A stretch of DNA of 64,000 nucleotides from Lytechinus pictus (Eukaryota), in NCBI RefSeq assembly GCF_037042905.1, contig NC_087245.1:43774001-43838000 (forward strand), read 5' to 3'. The notes beneath the pieces were generated by a model that was not told the origin of the DNA, ran no database searches, and saw only the letters and a list, made by a program, of their open reading frames with translations. Below are positions 1 to 13,272 of this stretch, piece after piece. The first letter of the stretch is position 1. Each line of letters opens with the position of its first letter. The position numbers and the translations under genes are program-made.

Positions 1-924
1 GTCATTCCTTAGGGTCGTATCGATGGGTAATCTCCCAAAGGTAGGTGATTTTTTTTCCTATTTTCTATTTCCTCTTTCCTATTTGAATATGATCCATGTT
101 AGCAAGTATACATGAATACATTACCCAACCATATGAAGTGCTCACCTAAAATGTTAAATATAATATTACCTAGTTTGATAACCTTGTTGAAATTGGAGAA
201 AGTAATCAATGAATTGCATATCAAATGAAATCATAATCTTAACCTTGCTATGTGATAGGAACTCATTGAAACGTTTTTGTATGTTGGGGCAAGTTTATTG
301 AATATATACGTTTCTCCTTAATATTTCCCAAATTTCAGATAATTGCAATAAACTCACCTAATGCATGTGCTATTTTAAACACTGCTATGACTTATTTAAA
401 AGTAATATTATGTTTATTGTCATGTTCAAAGTGTAGATTGCATTGTTATTGCTGCATTGTGTATTATATTATTTGTTGTCTTTATTTTTTTGCACGGCAA
501 AAAAATACAAACAAGACGAATTTCCATTTATGGACAATAAATAAATACTTATACTTATTTTAATATCGGACAAAGTTGTGTTTTGTTTAACTTCTACCAA
601 TCTTAACAATATTTATGGCGAGCTTTCATCATCTCCTGTGCAGTGGACTTTCCAAGCCGAGTGATCAGTAACACACAATGCTGCCTGAGATCTGAACCTC
701 CATATCCAGAGTCTCTATTAAGTATTGGGTTAATCACAAACAAAATATTTAAGAATGAACGCTTTTTATTAGGACATTTTCGGTGTGAATACCTTCCCAA
801 AATATTCAACTTTGGAATTTTATTTGCATTTGATCGGAAGTTTATTAAGTTTGTGGATAATTCTAATAATGAAATTCGAGGTGCTAACAGAAGGAACATA
901 AATGAACTCCGCTATAGGGTTATT

Positions 925-976
925 TCTACTTCTTCTACTACTGCTGCTGCTACTACTACTGCTACTTTTACTACTG

Positions 977-1015
<39 letters not shown>

Positions 1016-1018
1016 ATT

Positions 1019-1081
<63 letters not shown>

Positions 1082-1100
1082 ATCCTACTACTACTACTAG
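925..1100. repeat. (CTA)n/(CTG)n microsatellite
   Basis: Long ctactacta and ctgctg runs; they explain the poly-T, poly-L and poly-V ORFs. Confidence 0.95.
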
Positions 1101-1121
1101 CAGTAGTAATAGTATTATATA

Positions 1122-1343
1122 CACTCCAAAAACACTGAGTAAAATTTTACACAATATTGGGTAGAAAGGGAACATGCATGTTTGCTGAGTATTTTTTTAA
1201 CCCTATATTGGGCTAAGTGCATTTTTTAAGAATAAATTTCCACGCAACAATGCGTAAAACTTACAAACTATTTGGTATCATTTTACCTAACCAACATGCA
1301 TTTTTCCATTTTACCCAATATTGGGTAATCTTTTTTTAGAGTG
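1122..1343. mobile_element. MITE with CACT...AGTG ends flanked by TA; second copy at 27266-27465
   Basis: ta|cactccaaaaa...ttttagagtg|ta, with internal inverted cccaatattggg motifs and a close copy in the last TRPC intron. Confidence 0.8.
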
Positions 1344-1823
1344 TACTACTACTACTCCTACTTCTACCTCTACTTGTACTACTGCTACTACTCACTAGCG
1401 TACCTACGTACGGGGGGGGGGGGCAGGGGGGGGGGCACTCTGCCCCCCCTGACGAGCCACAACCCATACAAAAGTCATATACCTGCCCCCCCCCCCCCTG
1501 ACAAACTTAAAAGCCCTTTTTTTTTTTTTTTTTTTTTGCTTGTCAAATTTTTTTCTGGTACGAAAACCTAACTTTTTTTATTGAAGACCTTTTTTTTTTA
1601 CTACTACTACTACTACTACTACTACTACATGTATTACGGTAATTACCGCTAGCACCGCTAGTAGTAGTAGTAGTAGTAGACGTAGTAGTAGTAGTAGTGG
1701 TAGTATTAGTGGGAGTAGAAGTAGTAGTTGAAGTAGTGATGCTACAAGTACGACTACTGTACTGCTTTCATGGCTATAGCTAGAAACTGTAATTTTACAG
1801 CATTGTTCCTTTTTTCATCACAG

Positions 1824-2076
1824 GTACGGGAAATTATGGAGTCTAGCGATGATCCCAAAAAAATGATGGACATGACAGACTTCAAAGACTGCACAGCGCT
1901 CGAGATTGCGACCGAGGTGGAGCACTCTGAGATCGTAGAATACCTGGTGCAAAATTTCGGTACACTCATGGACGAAATGCACATCCACGAATGTCTCATG
2001 TTGGCCATCAGCAAAGGTTACCTTCGTATCACTCAAGTTATCCTTGATCATCCTCTTTCCGATGTTAAACATAAAG
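1824..2076 (+). CDS. TRPC: TRPC-family channel, first exon in window (ankyrin repeats); gene is 5'-incomplete
   Basis: Acceptor ttcatcacag, donor G|gtatgt. Encodes VREIMES...DCTALEIATEVEHSEIVEYLV...ECLMLAISKGYLRITQVILDHP, typical of TRPC ankyrin repeats. Confidence 0.9.
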
Positions 2077-2640
2077 GTATGTAGATCGACACTTCCAGCT
2101 CTGGCTTCGAATAGGACTTCCTAATAATCGGGGTCACAAAAAATAAGAAAGAAAAAGAAGAAGAAATTAGTAAAACAAGAAAGAGAATAGACAAAGAATG
2201 AAACAAGGAAAATAAAAAAAAGGAAAATAATGGGAAAAGATTTGACGGAATAAAATAGTAGGAAATTCAAGAAACTAGAAGAATAAGAATGGAAAATAAT
2301 AAATATAATGACTCTGTCTTCTTCTTTTTCTTTTTCTCAGAGGAAAAGAAAAAAAAGAAGACAAAGGAGGAGGAGGAGAAAAAGAGAAAAGGAGGATGAG
2401 AAGATGAAGAGGAGAAGGAGAAGGAGGAAGAAGAGGCCAAAGAAGAAGAAGGAGGAGGTGGAAGAGTAGGAGGAGGAGAAGAAGGAACAGAAGAAGAAGT
2501 AGAAGGACGTATCGTTCACGTCAAATTCATCTTGTAACTAGTTAATTGAAAATTAAGTGGTCTATAATAGAACAACGTCTTGAGTGATTGAATTTATCAA
2601 AGCGGGATTTTTTTTTTTTTAAATCTTATTCGATGAACAG

Positions 2641-2838
2641 GTACCTGTTCACACCAGGATAAATTCTACTTCTACTCGACGAAAAGCAATTCAAAGTTTG
2701 ATCGTGATTTGACGCCCCTGATGCTTGCTGCACAATGCAACGAAGTGGAAATCATACGACTTTTACTCGCTCGAGGCGAGTACATTACCGAACCCCACGC
2801 TATCCTATGTAGCTGTAGAGACTGTCAAGATGCCAAAG
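2641..2838 (+). CDS. TRPC: TRPC exon 2 (last ankyrin repeat and Zn-binding motif)
   Basis: Not in the ORF track. Hand translation GTCSHQDKFYFY...DLTPLMLAAQCNEVEIIRLLLARGEYITEPHAILCSCRDCQDAK matches the TRPC DITPxxLAA and H-x3-CxCxxC motifs. cag acceptor, gtatgt donor, phase 1/1. Confidence 0.93.
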
Positions 2839-3436
2839 GTATGTGAAACAAATTTCTTTGAGTGTTTTATATGAATAATTAAAAGTCCAAAAATTTCATT
2901 TTTTTTGCGCAATTCGCCAAAATCAGTTTTGTTGAGATTCTGTATTGTTAATATTGTTGTTCAGGGGAAACGGGAATCGTTGGCGCGAAAATTACTTCAT
3001 GAAAATTTGTGGCACCAAAAACTAATAATTGGCAACACATTCAAACATTAGAGCTCATATAACTGAAAAGGTGAATACAGTTTACCAATAATTACTTTAG
3101 GTATGAAAAGGTATGTATTTCCACATCTTCACACGATAACCATTAATATCATCTTACGTAGATGTGTAAATACCGCACTACATAATCGGATCCTAATTTT
3201 CATCAAAAAGTACTTTTATTGAAACTTTAAGTAATTATTGTCTACGCAAAGGTCATTCACATGACAAAAAATGATAATAGTAGCCTAAGTTTAAATGAAC
3301 CGGAACCTTAATGTTGATTCTGAATGTTGAAAAGACGCTCTAGTATATGTATAAGGATACATAGGAAAAGTAATTGTGTTATTTTGGTATAAAAAGAGAC
3401 CACATCAGTCAAACCCGTGTTAAATCTTTGCTGTTA

Positions 3437-3623
3437 CAGGGGCCGCGGAACGGTTATGAAAGAGAGAGAGCGGGGGGGGGGGGGGAGTAACCATGCAAAA
3501 AAATCACAATCAGATGGTAACTTTTTACATTTTGGGGACACGGTTTTGGAGAAAAAAGGTGTGTGTGTGTGGGGGGGGGGGCTGAAGCTCAACCAGCCTC
3601 CTCCACCGTTTCTGCGGCCCCTA
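3437..3623. mobile_element. Short MITE with CAGGG end and 5-bp TSD
   Basis: caggggccgcggaacgg...ccgtttctgcggccccta, with tgtta on both sides. Confidence 0.65.
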
Positions 3624-4236
3624 TGTTAATTCAACACTCAACACCATTTATTACAACACATTTGTTTCCTACTGGTACTGTTTGGTGATTATGTTCAATA
3701 TCTAGGGTGTAATTTTAACACCTCTGGGTGTGGCCCTCTATGAATACCAACAGAGGTATGTTTAAACGACCCAGTTTTACAGTGTAGATATTACCACCCT
3801 AAATGGCGAATTTAATATAGTTCCAAAAGTATAAGTAGATAATGGGAAAAGGTGGCATGCGAAAATCTTCTGGATGAAAATATAATATAATGAAACTGCT
3901 TAAATGTAACCATTTCGTTACATGTATTATGCTTTAAAATTTATTTATATTTTTATATTGGTTTGATAATTGAATTGGAATGTTCAACTCTAACCATGCA
4001 GACGAAAAAGCCTACCGGGATAATTCGTATCGAGAACGATTTACTTTCTTTTTCTTCATTGTTCGTGATATCAGACATATACTATATTGTTAATTTGGAA
4101 CAAAGGTGAGATTACCTTAAGCTAATACTTCTCAAACTTTATCTAAAAAAAACCCAGCATAATATATCTGAAAGATTTGATTTACTGGACGTAACCATGG
4201 AATAATTTTTGTTATTTCCTGGTTTATGGTATATAG

Positions 4237-4394
4237 CAAATGACCCATTGCTACGGTCGTTAGCCGGTCTGCACACCTACCAAGCCCTAGCCGGTGAGGC
4301 ATATATCTGCCTGACGAGCCCCGATCCAATACTCACTGCTTTCCTTCTCAGTGAAAAACTCACCAAATTGGCCTCTATCGAGAAGGAATTCAAG
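4237..4394 (+). CDS. TRPC: TRPC exon 3 (TRP_2 / linker region)
   Basis: ANDPLLRSLAGLHTYQALAGEAYICLTSPDPILTAFLLSEKLTKLASIEKEFK contains the TRPC DPILTAF...EFK motif. tag acceptor, gtatgt donor. Confidence 0.93.
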
Positions 4395-4767
4395 GTATGT
4401 CTATCATTGAATATCAACATTGTTAACAATGAAATTAATAGCATTTTTATTAATTTTAACAAAAATAGTTTTGATCACATTAATTTGAGACGGATGTTTC
4501 TATTTCAAATACTTAACATCCGAATGAACGGTTAATGATCCTTTATGTCATGCATGAGCTAACATGTCTTACCTACCAACTGTCACTTTTCAAAAGTATC
4601 TAGGTTCATTTTTTGTGGTATAAATATAAATTCTCCTTATTCATGAAGAAACCACACTGTCTCATATTCGTATACAATGTGAAGCTATATAATATATTTT
4701 GCTCAAACAGCTATTATTTTTGTTGTATTTCTAAGGGTTGTACGTTTGTGCTGTTTTTGTATTGGAG

Positions 4768-7039
4768 CATGGACCTGGGAAGCGGGGGTGCTGTTCAAAG
4801 CACCCCCAGGAAAATTTCCTGGGGGTGCTGCGTGTATTATTTTCCATAGGCAGCACCCCCACGAAATCAGGTTCCCCCTGTATTTTTTTAAAAATATGTT
4901 ATTATGTACGTAATTATCACATCCGACAATCACAGATCATGTACTACTGTCTTTCACATATTCCAATAACATATATCCCTCCTAACATGCCTAACGCGAC
5001 TCGATCAAGCTTCGGCAGTCCGATACAGACGTGGTCGCGCGCTATACGTGATAACCATATACTCGATAGCAGGGAGGAACATGGGTGTGGATGGGGATGG
5101 ATTTGAAACTTTCAGATTGTTTGTCGAACCAAGTGTGCGCGCGCCCGACCAGTTTTACGTGTTTTGTATAAACAAGTTCAAGTCAGACAACAGAAATCAA
5201 ATTTTCACAGTCTTTTTCGCCCTGCCCCATGGCCCTGGGAAGCGGGGGTGCTGAAGCACCCGAACATTTTCCTTGGGGGTGCTGCGTGTGTTATTTTCCA
5301 TACGCAGCACCTCCTGGAAATCTGGCAGGAATGATAAATGACAGAAATGTAATGAAAATGAACTACGTTTTGTAGGAACTCCCCCCCCCCCCCCACTTCA
5401 GAATTTTCCGACACTTCACTTGAAATAGTGTTTAAATTCACCCTTTTTCAGATCGGAAAATCAAATATTTTCTGCTCGCGTTTCGCGCTCGCATTATTGA
5501 TTTAAAAAAAAAATGTATTTAGAATGCCCAAATATACTAGGTCTAAATCTAAACACGCGCACGCATGTTTAATCAGAGACGCAGCTTGTTCTCGGGGGTA
5601 CTGAAAATATATCAAATACATTTTATCAATATAATTTTTTCAAAATAAACAAACTTTATCAAAATCTGATAACAAATAGTTAAGTTATTTGATTTTGATG
5701 TTAGCAATATTTTGTGAAAATGGTGATATGCATGTCGTCACGAATATCTAATTTTTTCATACCAGTGTGAGTGATATGTCTCCCTTCTATTGAAATAAGT
5801 TGCAGCAAAGAATATCTAATGAACTAAATCAGTTGTCAATCAATTATTTTGGTCCTTGAAGGGAAATAATTGAATAAACCTAATTTTATATCATAAATAC
5901 TAAAGAACAAGTGGGGATATGACATCATCAGTTTGCTCATTGAATATTAATGAAAACATGCCTAAAACTGTTTCACCGGAATAATGCTAATCTTTAAAAT
6001 GCAATAACTTTGATATTCCTTTTCTGATTTTGATCAAATAGTCATTCTTTTGTTCGTCTGATTTTTCTTTATCTGTTCAAACCATATTGCATTCAGTCTG
6101 GAGTACCCCTTTAAACGTGCTTCAATTATAAAGTTTCAGATCAGTATATAAAAAATGTTCTGCTCGCGCTTCGCGCTCACATGACTAATGTAGGAAGATA
6201 TCCAATTACCAATAACTTTCTTGATTTACAAAACATGAATAGAATGTCCCGTTTTTAGGTCTGAAATCTCAATTTTGTTTCCGCCCGCATCAATTGTATA
6301 GTTATATACCTATCCTGTTCATGATTAGAAAAATGCTTAAGATGTCCCTTTTTAGGTCTGAATCTCATTTTTATTTCCGCTCGCGCTTCGCGCTCGTTTC
6401 AATTGTATAGTTATATAACTATCCTGTTCATGATAAGAAAAGTGCTTAGAATGTCTCGTTTTTAGGTCTGAAATCTCAATTTTGTTTCCGCTCGCGCTTC
6501 GCGCTCGCAACAATTATATAGTTATATACCTATCCTGTTCATGATTACAAAAAGTGCTTAGAAATGTTCAGTATTTAGGTCGGAATGTCACATTTTTCAG
6601 CTCGCACTTCGCGCTCGCATTATTTGATTGTTGATATATGTATCGTCTTCATGGGTAACTGCAAACAGTCCTTATAACAGGTTCCTTTCGATCAGGCCAG
6701 AGTGTATCTTTAAAATATATGCTCGCGCTAATCGTGCTCACAGTTATCTTGTTCAGGACCACAAACATTGCTCAAAATATTCAATTTTCAGGACAAAATA
6801 CATGAAATTTCCAAAAAAAAATTTGCTCGCACTTCGCGCTCGAATTATTTAATTATATATCTATGTTCTTTTCTAAGAAAAGAGCTAAGAAGTGACTGTC
6901 ATAATGTATATATATATATATGTGTGTGTGTGCGTGTGTGTGTGTGGGTGAGGGTGTGTGTATGGAAAACTCAATTGTGCCCCCACCTTTGAGGAGAGAT
7001 TTCAGCACCCCCACTGAAAAAATCGTTCCCAGGTCCCTG
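4768..7039. mobile_element. Non-autonomous DNA transposon (hAT-like), 8-bp TSD, internal tandem repeats
   Basis: TIRs catggacctgggaa / ttcccaggtccctg; TSD tattggag at 4760-4767 and 7040-7047. The 5' end is duplicated near 5228. Contains repeats with a gctcgcgcttcgcgctcgc core and a nested TTAA-ended MITE remnant at about 5595-6114. Confidence 0.85.
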
Positions 7040-7336
7040 TATTGGAGTTGATGAAATCACATGTTTATACCAAATTTGATGATAACCGTTAACATTCAAC
7101 CCCTCTCTTTGTAAATGAATTAAACACCAAAATGACCTTGATTTTGGTAGTCCCAAAATAGGACGAGGGATTACACGAGAAAACTTTTAGACTATTCCTG
7201 GTAAGATGACCGAAACTTTTTCTCCTTATATGATTTGTTGGTGTAGCTAGTGGTTTAAATATTCATGTTTAGTTTTTTTGTGTGAGTATGGCATGCTTTC
7301 GTAAGTTGGTTTTGTAATAGGCCCGGTGAGTGGATA

Positions 7337-7737
7337 CAGGGTTCCCAGCTTTTCAAGAAAAACAAAATTCCCTGATTTTTTCCTGATGAAGTTTAAAAAT
7401 TCTCTGATAATTATTTAAACCCTTTCCCAGTTTCGCATGTTTTCTAAGTTGTTGGAGTGATTTAAATGTATTTTCAGTATAAAAACAATAATGTAGAACT
7501 AATTAGTACCACCATAACCATTCATTCAATGGATGTTGTTTTGAAATGCAACAAAATATAACAAACTGACTACCGCGTGCTTTCGACTTTTGGGCCGATC
7601 AAAATTCCCAGATTTTTCCCTTCATTTGAGACATTTTCCCCTGATTTCAGTTTTTTAAATCAAATTTCTTGATTTTTCCCTGACTGGAAAAAAGTAAAAT
7701 AATTTTCCCTGATTTCCCTGATGGGCTGGGAACCCTG
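7337..7737. mobile_element. MITE with CAGGG ends and 5-bp TSD
   Basis: TIR cagggttcccagc / gctgggaaccctg; ggata at 7332-7336 and 7738-7742; internal ttccctga repeats. Confidence 0.8.
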
Positions 7738-7859
7738 GGATATGCGGTTGTGTGAGAGTGTGTAGGGAAATGTGTGTGGGGGATGTGTTAAGGGAATGGG
7801 AATGAGGCTGTGAGAGGGCGTTTGTTGGGGATATATTGTTGTGTGAGTGTGTAAGGGAT

Positions 7860-10349
7860 ATTTTAACCACTATCAGGAAGTTTTATGCGAATTTATATGA
7901 ATGCAAAAATAGTGATATTGCAGAAGATATTGACAATATGTTTCTTAATGAATTGCCCAGGTTGAGTGAAGAAAATAAGGATTTTTGTGAAGGGCCAATA
8001 TCATTTGAAGAATGCTATCAAGCGGTAAAGCAAATGAAATGGAATAAGTCACCAGGTAATGATGGTTCTACAGCTGAATTCTATTTTACGTTTTGGCCAA
8101 TTTTAGGGAAATTTATCGTTGAAGCATTTAATGAAAGCTTTGACACAGAGATGTTATCAAACTCGCAGAGACAGGGAGTAATTATCCTCATTGAAAAGAA
8201 TGGAAAAGATCATTTGTATATGAAAAACTACAGACCAATAACACTTCTTAATGTAAACTACAAAATATTGTCAAAAGTTTTAGCTAAAAGGGTAAAAGAG
8301 GTACTAGGGGACATTATTCATTATGACCATTATGTTAAAGATAGGAATATTGGAGAGGCAGTGAAGGCTAATAGACGATGTATTCTTTCAATCCTTATAT
8401 CAGCCAGTACGATTTTGTAATTGCTGTAGATTTCGAAAAGCATTTGATTGTATATCACATAGACTTCTATTTAAAGCATTGGAATCTTTTGGATTTGGTA
8501 ATGTATTGTGCTCTTGGGTTAGAATTCTTTATAATGATGTTGCTGTGTGATGAATGGGGGACACTCAACTGGATATTTTGAGGTTAAAAGAGGAGTAAGA
8601 CAAGGAGATCCCCTCTCTCCTTATTTATTTATTATAGCTATTGAATTACTTGCTAATTTTATTCGAAATGATCCGGGTATTGAAGGGATTGGGTTTGGTG
8701 AAAGAAAAAAAAAAATTATTCTACGCAGATGATTGTACATTGTTTCTAAAAGACACGTACTCAGTTAATAGGGTGAAGAAAGTCTTCGGAGAGTTTGAGA
8801 AATTCAGTGGTTTAAAAATATACATGGATAAGACAAATTATATGTGGTTGGGGGAAGAATGTGATAGGCCGGTTTTACCTCGGTTTGGACATAGAATGCA
8901 ATATATACAAATTTTAGGGGTATATTTTTCACGAGACTCCAAAATAAAAGATGACTTGAATTATAAGGAAATTTTGAGTAAAATCAAAAGATTAATTGGA
9001 TGGTGGAGGCAACGAGATCTGACAATGTTTGGTAAAATTAGATTGTTAAAAACGCATGTATTTTCAAAATTAAATTATGTTTCTTCTCTTATTTCAGTTC
9101 CTCAAAATATCTTTAAAGAAATTGAAAAGATTTCTTTTAATTTTATTTGGGGTGGAAATGACAGAATAAAATGGAAAATTCTATATCAAGATTATTGTGC
9201 AGGGGGACTCAAAGTAACTAATTTTTAAGTTTTCATTAAAACTCAGAGAATTATGTGGATTAAAAGGCTGCTGTACGGTGAGAAATATTTAGGTTGGAAA
9301 GTAACATTTGACTACTTTTTTAGATCATTGGGAGGCCGGAGTATATTTCTTTGTAATTATGATGCAAACAAAATGGACTTACAAGGTATACCAATATCTT
9401 ATAAAGATATGTTGAAAGCATGGCAAGATTTGGATCAATGTAGAAACTTTGAGAAAAACAAGATCAATCCTGTGATTTTTAATAACAGATTAATATGTCT
9501 TCATAATAAACCGTTTTTTGATGTTGAACTCTTTCAGAAAGGGATATTTCAAACATCAGATATTATTGTAGGAGGTCAACTAAGACCAGTCTCATACTTC
9601 CATAACCGGGGTTACACTGCTGATAATCTGCTGATGATTCAAATAATTTTTTCTGTGATTAAAGAAGAATGGATACAAAGTGATTTTTTAGTTATAGATA
9701 GTGAAAATTTTCAAATAGAACTGAAGATCTTTGGTTACCTACATAAATTTATGGATTTAAAAGCCAGATATGTATATAATTAACTTATTGAGCAATTTCA
9801 AAAAGAGTACACATTAAAGGTTTATGATGGACATTGTGAATATGATCTTGGAATAGGGGAGTTGAAAGAAACCTTTACAAGATTGAAAAATGCTTTTATA
9901 TGTAGTAAACAAAGGGAGTTTCAGTACAAACTATTACATGGGGCAGTGTATACAAAAGAGAAGCTCTTCCAATTTGGTTTTGAGTCAGACAATTTTTGTT
10001 CTTTTTGTAAACAACAGGTCGAAACATACCAACATTTATTTTTAGATTGTTTAAAGGTTAAACAGTTATGGAAGGAGGTCATCAAAAAGCTTCATTTAAA
10101 GGAAGTTAGGATTGATGATTGGAAAACAATTTTCACTATCTGGTAAATGTGTGAGAATACATGCAATAAACTGTATAATCTTTCTGCTAAAACATATCAT
10201 TTTTATTTCTAGAGGAAAGGGCGAGCTACCGTCCGTACAAAGAACAACAGATTAAAGGTTACAGAAACGAAGAATATAATATAGCCAAGAACACAGGGAA
10301 TTTGGGAGTACACTTAAGAAAATGGGAACAAATTGGTGCATTTCTTTGA
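7860..10349 (+). pseudogene. Frameshifted ORF2 of the L1/Tx1 element (reverse transcriptase and zf-RVT)
   Basis: Motifs [36 protein letters not shown] and CSFC...ETYQHLFLDC, spread over several frames. Confidence 0.93.
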
Positions 10350-11338
10350 CTTTTCATTTATCGTATTCTATTTTATTTTATTTTATTCTTTTTTTCAATG
10401 ATACAAAGTTACAGATCGACAGACCGGAACGGATGTGCTACCTGTTGTATGATGTGTGTGCGTGAGGGTTTTTGTGTGAGGGTGTGTGTATGCGTGTATG
10501 TTTTTTTTTTTTTTTGGGGGGGGGTTGTATGTTTGTGTGGTAGGGAGTGTGGGGTGCGTGGGTGAGTGAAAGATGATATATATGTAACCTTCCTCTTAAG
10601 GATCATAGAGTTTCATGAAAAAAGTAGTTTATTTGATTTGACATAATTTTGATATTAACATGATATAAATATTGAGGTAATTTTATTATATATTATGTAC
10701 TTTTTTGGGGGGAAAAAGTTATAAGAGTTCTCATACAAAAAAAATATATATACATATTTTCGGGTTAAAACTTAACGTTTTGAAGAAATTGTACAGTTAT
10801 ATTGATTTGAGATAATTTTGATATGAATTTATATGCTCTTATTTTTTTTTTTTATATGAGATACTTAGTTTGTGAATAACTTGTTTTGCGATATTTGGGA
10901 TTGTAAAATCATATTACGAGGAAGAAATGAAATATCATTTAAAACAAAAAATTAATTAATAACCTTCCTCTAATTAACCTTTAAAATAATCTTTTATCCT
11001 TTTTTTATTCTTGTACAATTAATATGTGCAAAAGAGATTATTTCTATTCTATTCAGGGAAAAAAAAATCATCTTTTACAAAGTTTAATTTTTTATTTTGT
11101 CGATTGATATGGGTTTTTCCCTCTGCTTTCACATTGTTATAGAAAAGAAATTTGGCAGTTTAATTTCATTTGTAATCATTTTGAAAATATTTGTAATCTC
11201 ATTGATATTGATATATTTATTTGTTTGATTGTTTATTGATTGTATACATGCAAAGAGAATCTTTATTTATATGAATTGTGATTGTAAACTTATTGATTTG
11301 AAAGAGGAAGAAATTGAAATATTATTCAAAACAAAAAA
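7860..11338 (+). mobile_element. 5'-truncated L1/Tx1-clade LINE in TRPC intron 3
   Basis: 17-bp TSD gtgagtgtgtaagggat at 7843-7859 and 11339-11355; A-rich tail; 3'UTR of about 1 kb after ORF2. Confidence 0.9.
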
Positions 11339-11831
11339 GTGAGTGTGTAAGGGATGTGAGATCAAGGAGAGAAGTGATATCTCCTTGGTGAGATTATGAG
11401 AGGATACATGGGGGAATGAAATTGTGTGTCGTCGTGTGTGTTTGGGGATGCCGCGTATGTGTTGAGGTTGAATGAAGATGTGAGAGGGTGAATCTGTGTG
11501 TGTGGGTATGTGTATGGATGTTTCCGATTGCGTTTTGCTTCGGGGCGGTGGCAAGAGCTCATGTAGGAGATTTTACTGTTCTTCCTCAATTTATTTTAGT
11601 CGGAATTATCGCTAAAGCCTATCAATCGATATATTCATATTATCTGCTTGTCTTTCATTTTACATCACAAATTTGAATTTGAAAAGTTTATAAAAACTGT
11701 TAACCGTCATCCAAATGCCAAAAATTGATGATTCATTCAAGAAAGCATGCGTATATTCGAATGGGCGTCATAAATGAAGGATATGTTTTTTTTTTCTTCA
11801 TTAGCTTGCTATATATATATATGACTATATA

Positions 11832-11864
<33 letters not shown>

Positions 11865-11953
11865 GGGGGGGTAATTATCGTAGTAACGACAAAGCTTCAC
11901 ATCGTTTGTACTTCTAAATCGAAATACAAATATATATTGATATACTCTGATAG

Positions 11954-12199
11954 AACGAATACCGTGAGCTTGTGAAGCGATGTAAACAGTTTGCTTCCGA
12001 CCTGCTCGACATGTGCCAGACAACTGCAGAGGTTCAGACTATACTCAAACAAGAAGCCACAACACAAGGAGAGGTCTATGCGGCAGAAGGCGCCAATACC
12101 CTCCGGAAGAACAGGGGAGCAAAACCAGAAATCCCCGGCGACGACTCGGATTTCTCACTCCCGAGGCTGGAACTGGCTATCAAATTTCGCCAAAAGCAA
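11954..12199 (+). CDS. TRPC: TRPC exon 4 (helical linker)
   Basis: NEYRELVKRCKQFASDLLDMCQTTAEVQTIL...LPRLELAIKFRQKQ. tag acceptor, gtaagc donor, phase 0/0. Confidence 0.92.
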
Positions 12200-12459
12200 G
12201 TAAGCTTTTCAGGCGGATTCGTGGATGATAGGGAAAGTTCCCCAATTTTGTTGTTTCCATGATTATTATTTGATTCCTGTGCGTATATGCCTTCCAACAA
12301 TACAGTCATCCCATCTTAACCAGGTTCAGAACTTACTTCAGAATATTTAGGAACAAAAGTCGGATTAAAAAATGTTTGAAATTTCGCTGGACTTCAATTG
12401 AGTACAACTACCATTGATTACTTCTCAAAATATTCGATTTCAGTTTTCACATTTCTTAG

Positions 12460-12884
12460 CACTAGCGTACCTAGGGGGGGGGGGGGGCAGGGGGGCAGAC
12501 TGCCCCCCTGACGAGCCACAACCCATGCAAAGGACGTATCCCTGCCCCCCCTGACGAGCTTGAAATACCTGTTTTGCCCCCTCTGACGAGCTTGAAGACC
12601 TTTATTTATTTTTTGCTCGTCAATTTTTTTTCTGTTACGAAATCCTTTATTTGTGATTGAAGACCTTTTTTTTTTTTTTTTTTTTTTTGCTTGTTATTTT
12701 TTTTTTCTGTTACGAAATCCTTTATTTGTGATTGAAGACCTTTTTTTTTTTTTTTTTTTTTTGCTTGTCAATTTTTTTTCTGATACGAAATCCTTTATTT
12801 GTGATTGAAGACCTTTTGCATGTCAAATTTTTTGGCGGACGGTTTTGCCCCCCCCCCCTGTGGAAAATCCTAGGTACGCCACTG
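12460..12884. mobile_element. hAT-like MITE family (cactagcgtacc...ggtacgccactg), 8-bp TSD
   Basis: TSD tttcttag on both sides. Other copies: about 1394-1600 (partial), 34267-34388 (reversed, TSD attacagg), 38572-38815 (TSD gcctcgat), 39140-39478 (attgttcc/attgtccc). Confidence 0.88.
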
Positions 12885-13104
12885 TTTCTTAGTAAGATAA
12901 CAACTTGTTTAAAACAATCTTAACACTACTGGTTGACGATTCGTGTAATATAATATTCAAATCTGTTTCAGTTTTTGTTCAGCAATACTGACATCTCTTG
13001 CTTCATGTGCATATCCTTAAACCACCTTCCGTCCATTTCATCCTAAAAGTGTGCAATTATTATGAATTTTATTGATTTTGGATGATTTGTTTTTGTTTAT
13101 CAAG

Positions 13105-13272
13105 TTCGTAGCCCATCCCCACTGTCAGCATCACTTGTCGACATTATGGTATAAAGGTTTTCCCATTCGGACCCGCCGGTGGCATCCCCTGGTCAAATGC
13201 TTGGCAACAGTTGCTATGATCGCTGCTCTACCATTCCTTACCCTGGCTTACTGGTTCTTTCCTAAGAGTAAG
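13105..13272 (+). CDS. TRPC: TRPC exon 5 (pre-S1 elbow)
   Basis: FVAHPHCQHHLSTLWYKGF...LAYWFFPKSK matches the TRPC FVAHPNCQQxL..WY motif. aag acceptor, gtaggt donor. Confidence 0.92.

Noticed and set aside
60..560. Possible decayed LINE 3' end (also a minus-strand one at about 18980-19600)
   Set aside because: The tails are suggestive, but the coding remnants are too degraded to support a call by eye.
643..1175. Poly-Thr, poly-Leu and poly-Val ORFs as proteins
   Set aside because: They are translations of a trinucleotide microsatellite.
1770..1823. ATG at 1770 as the TRPC start codon
   Set aside because: The stretch is a branch-point and polypyrimidine tract ending in cag, and the first ankyrin repeat appears incomplete. 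An upstream exon is more likely.
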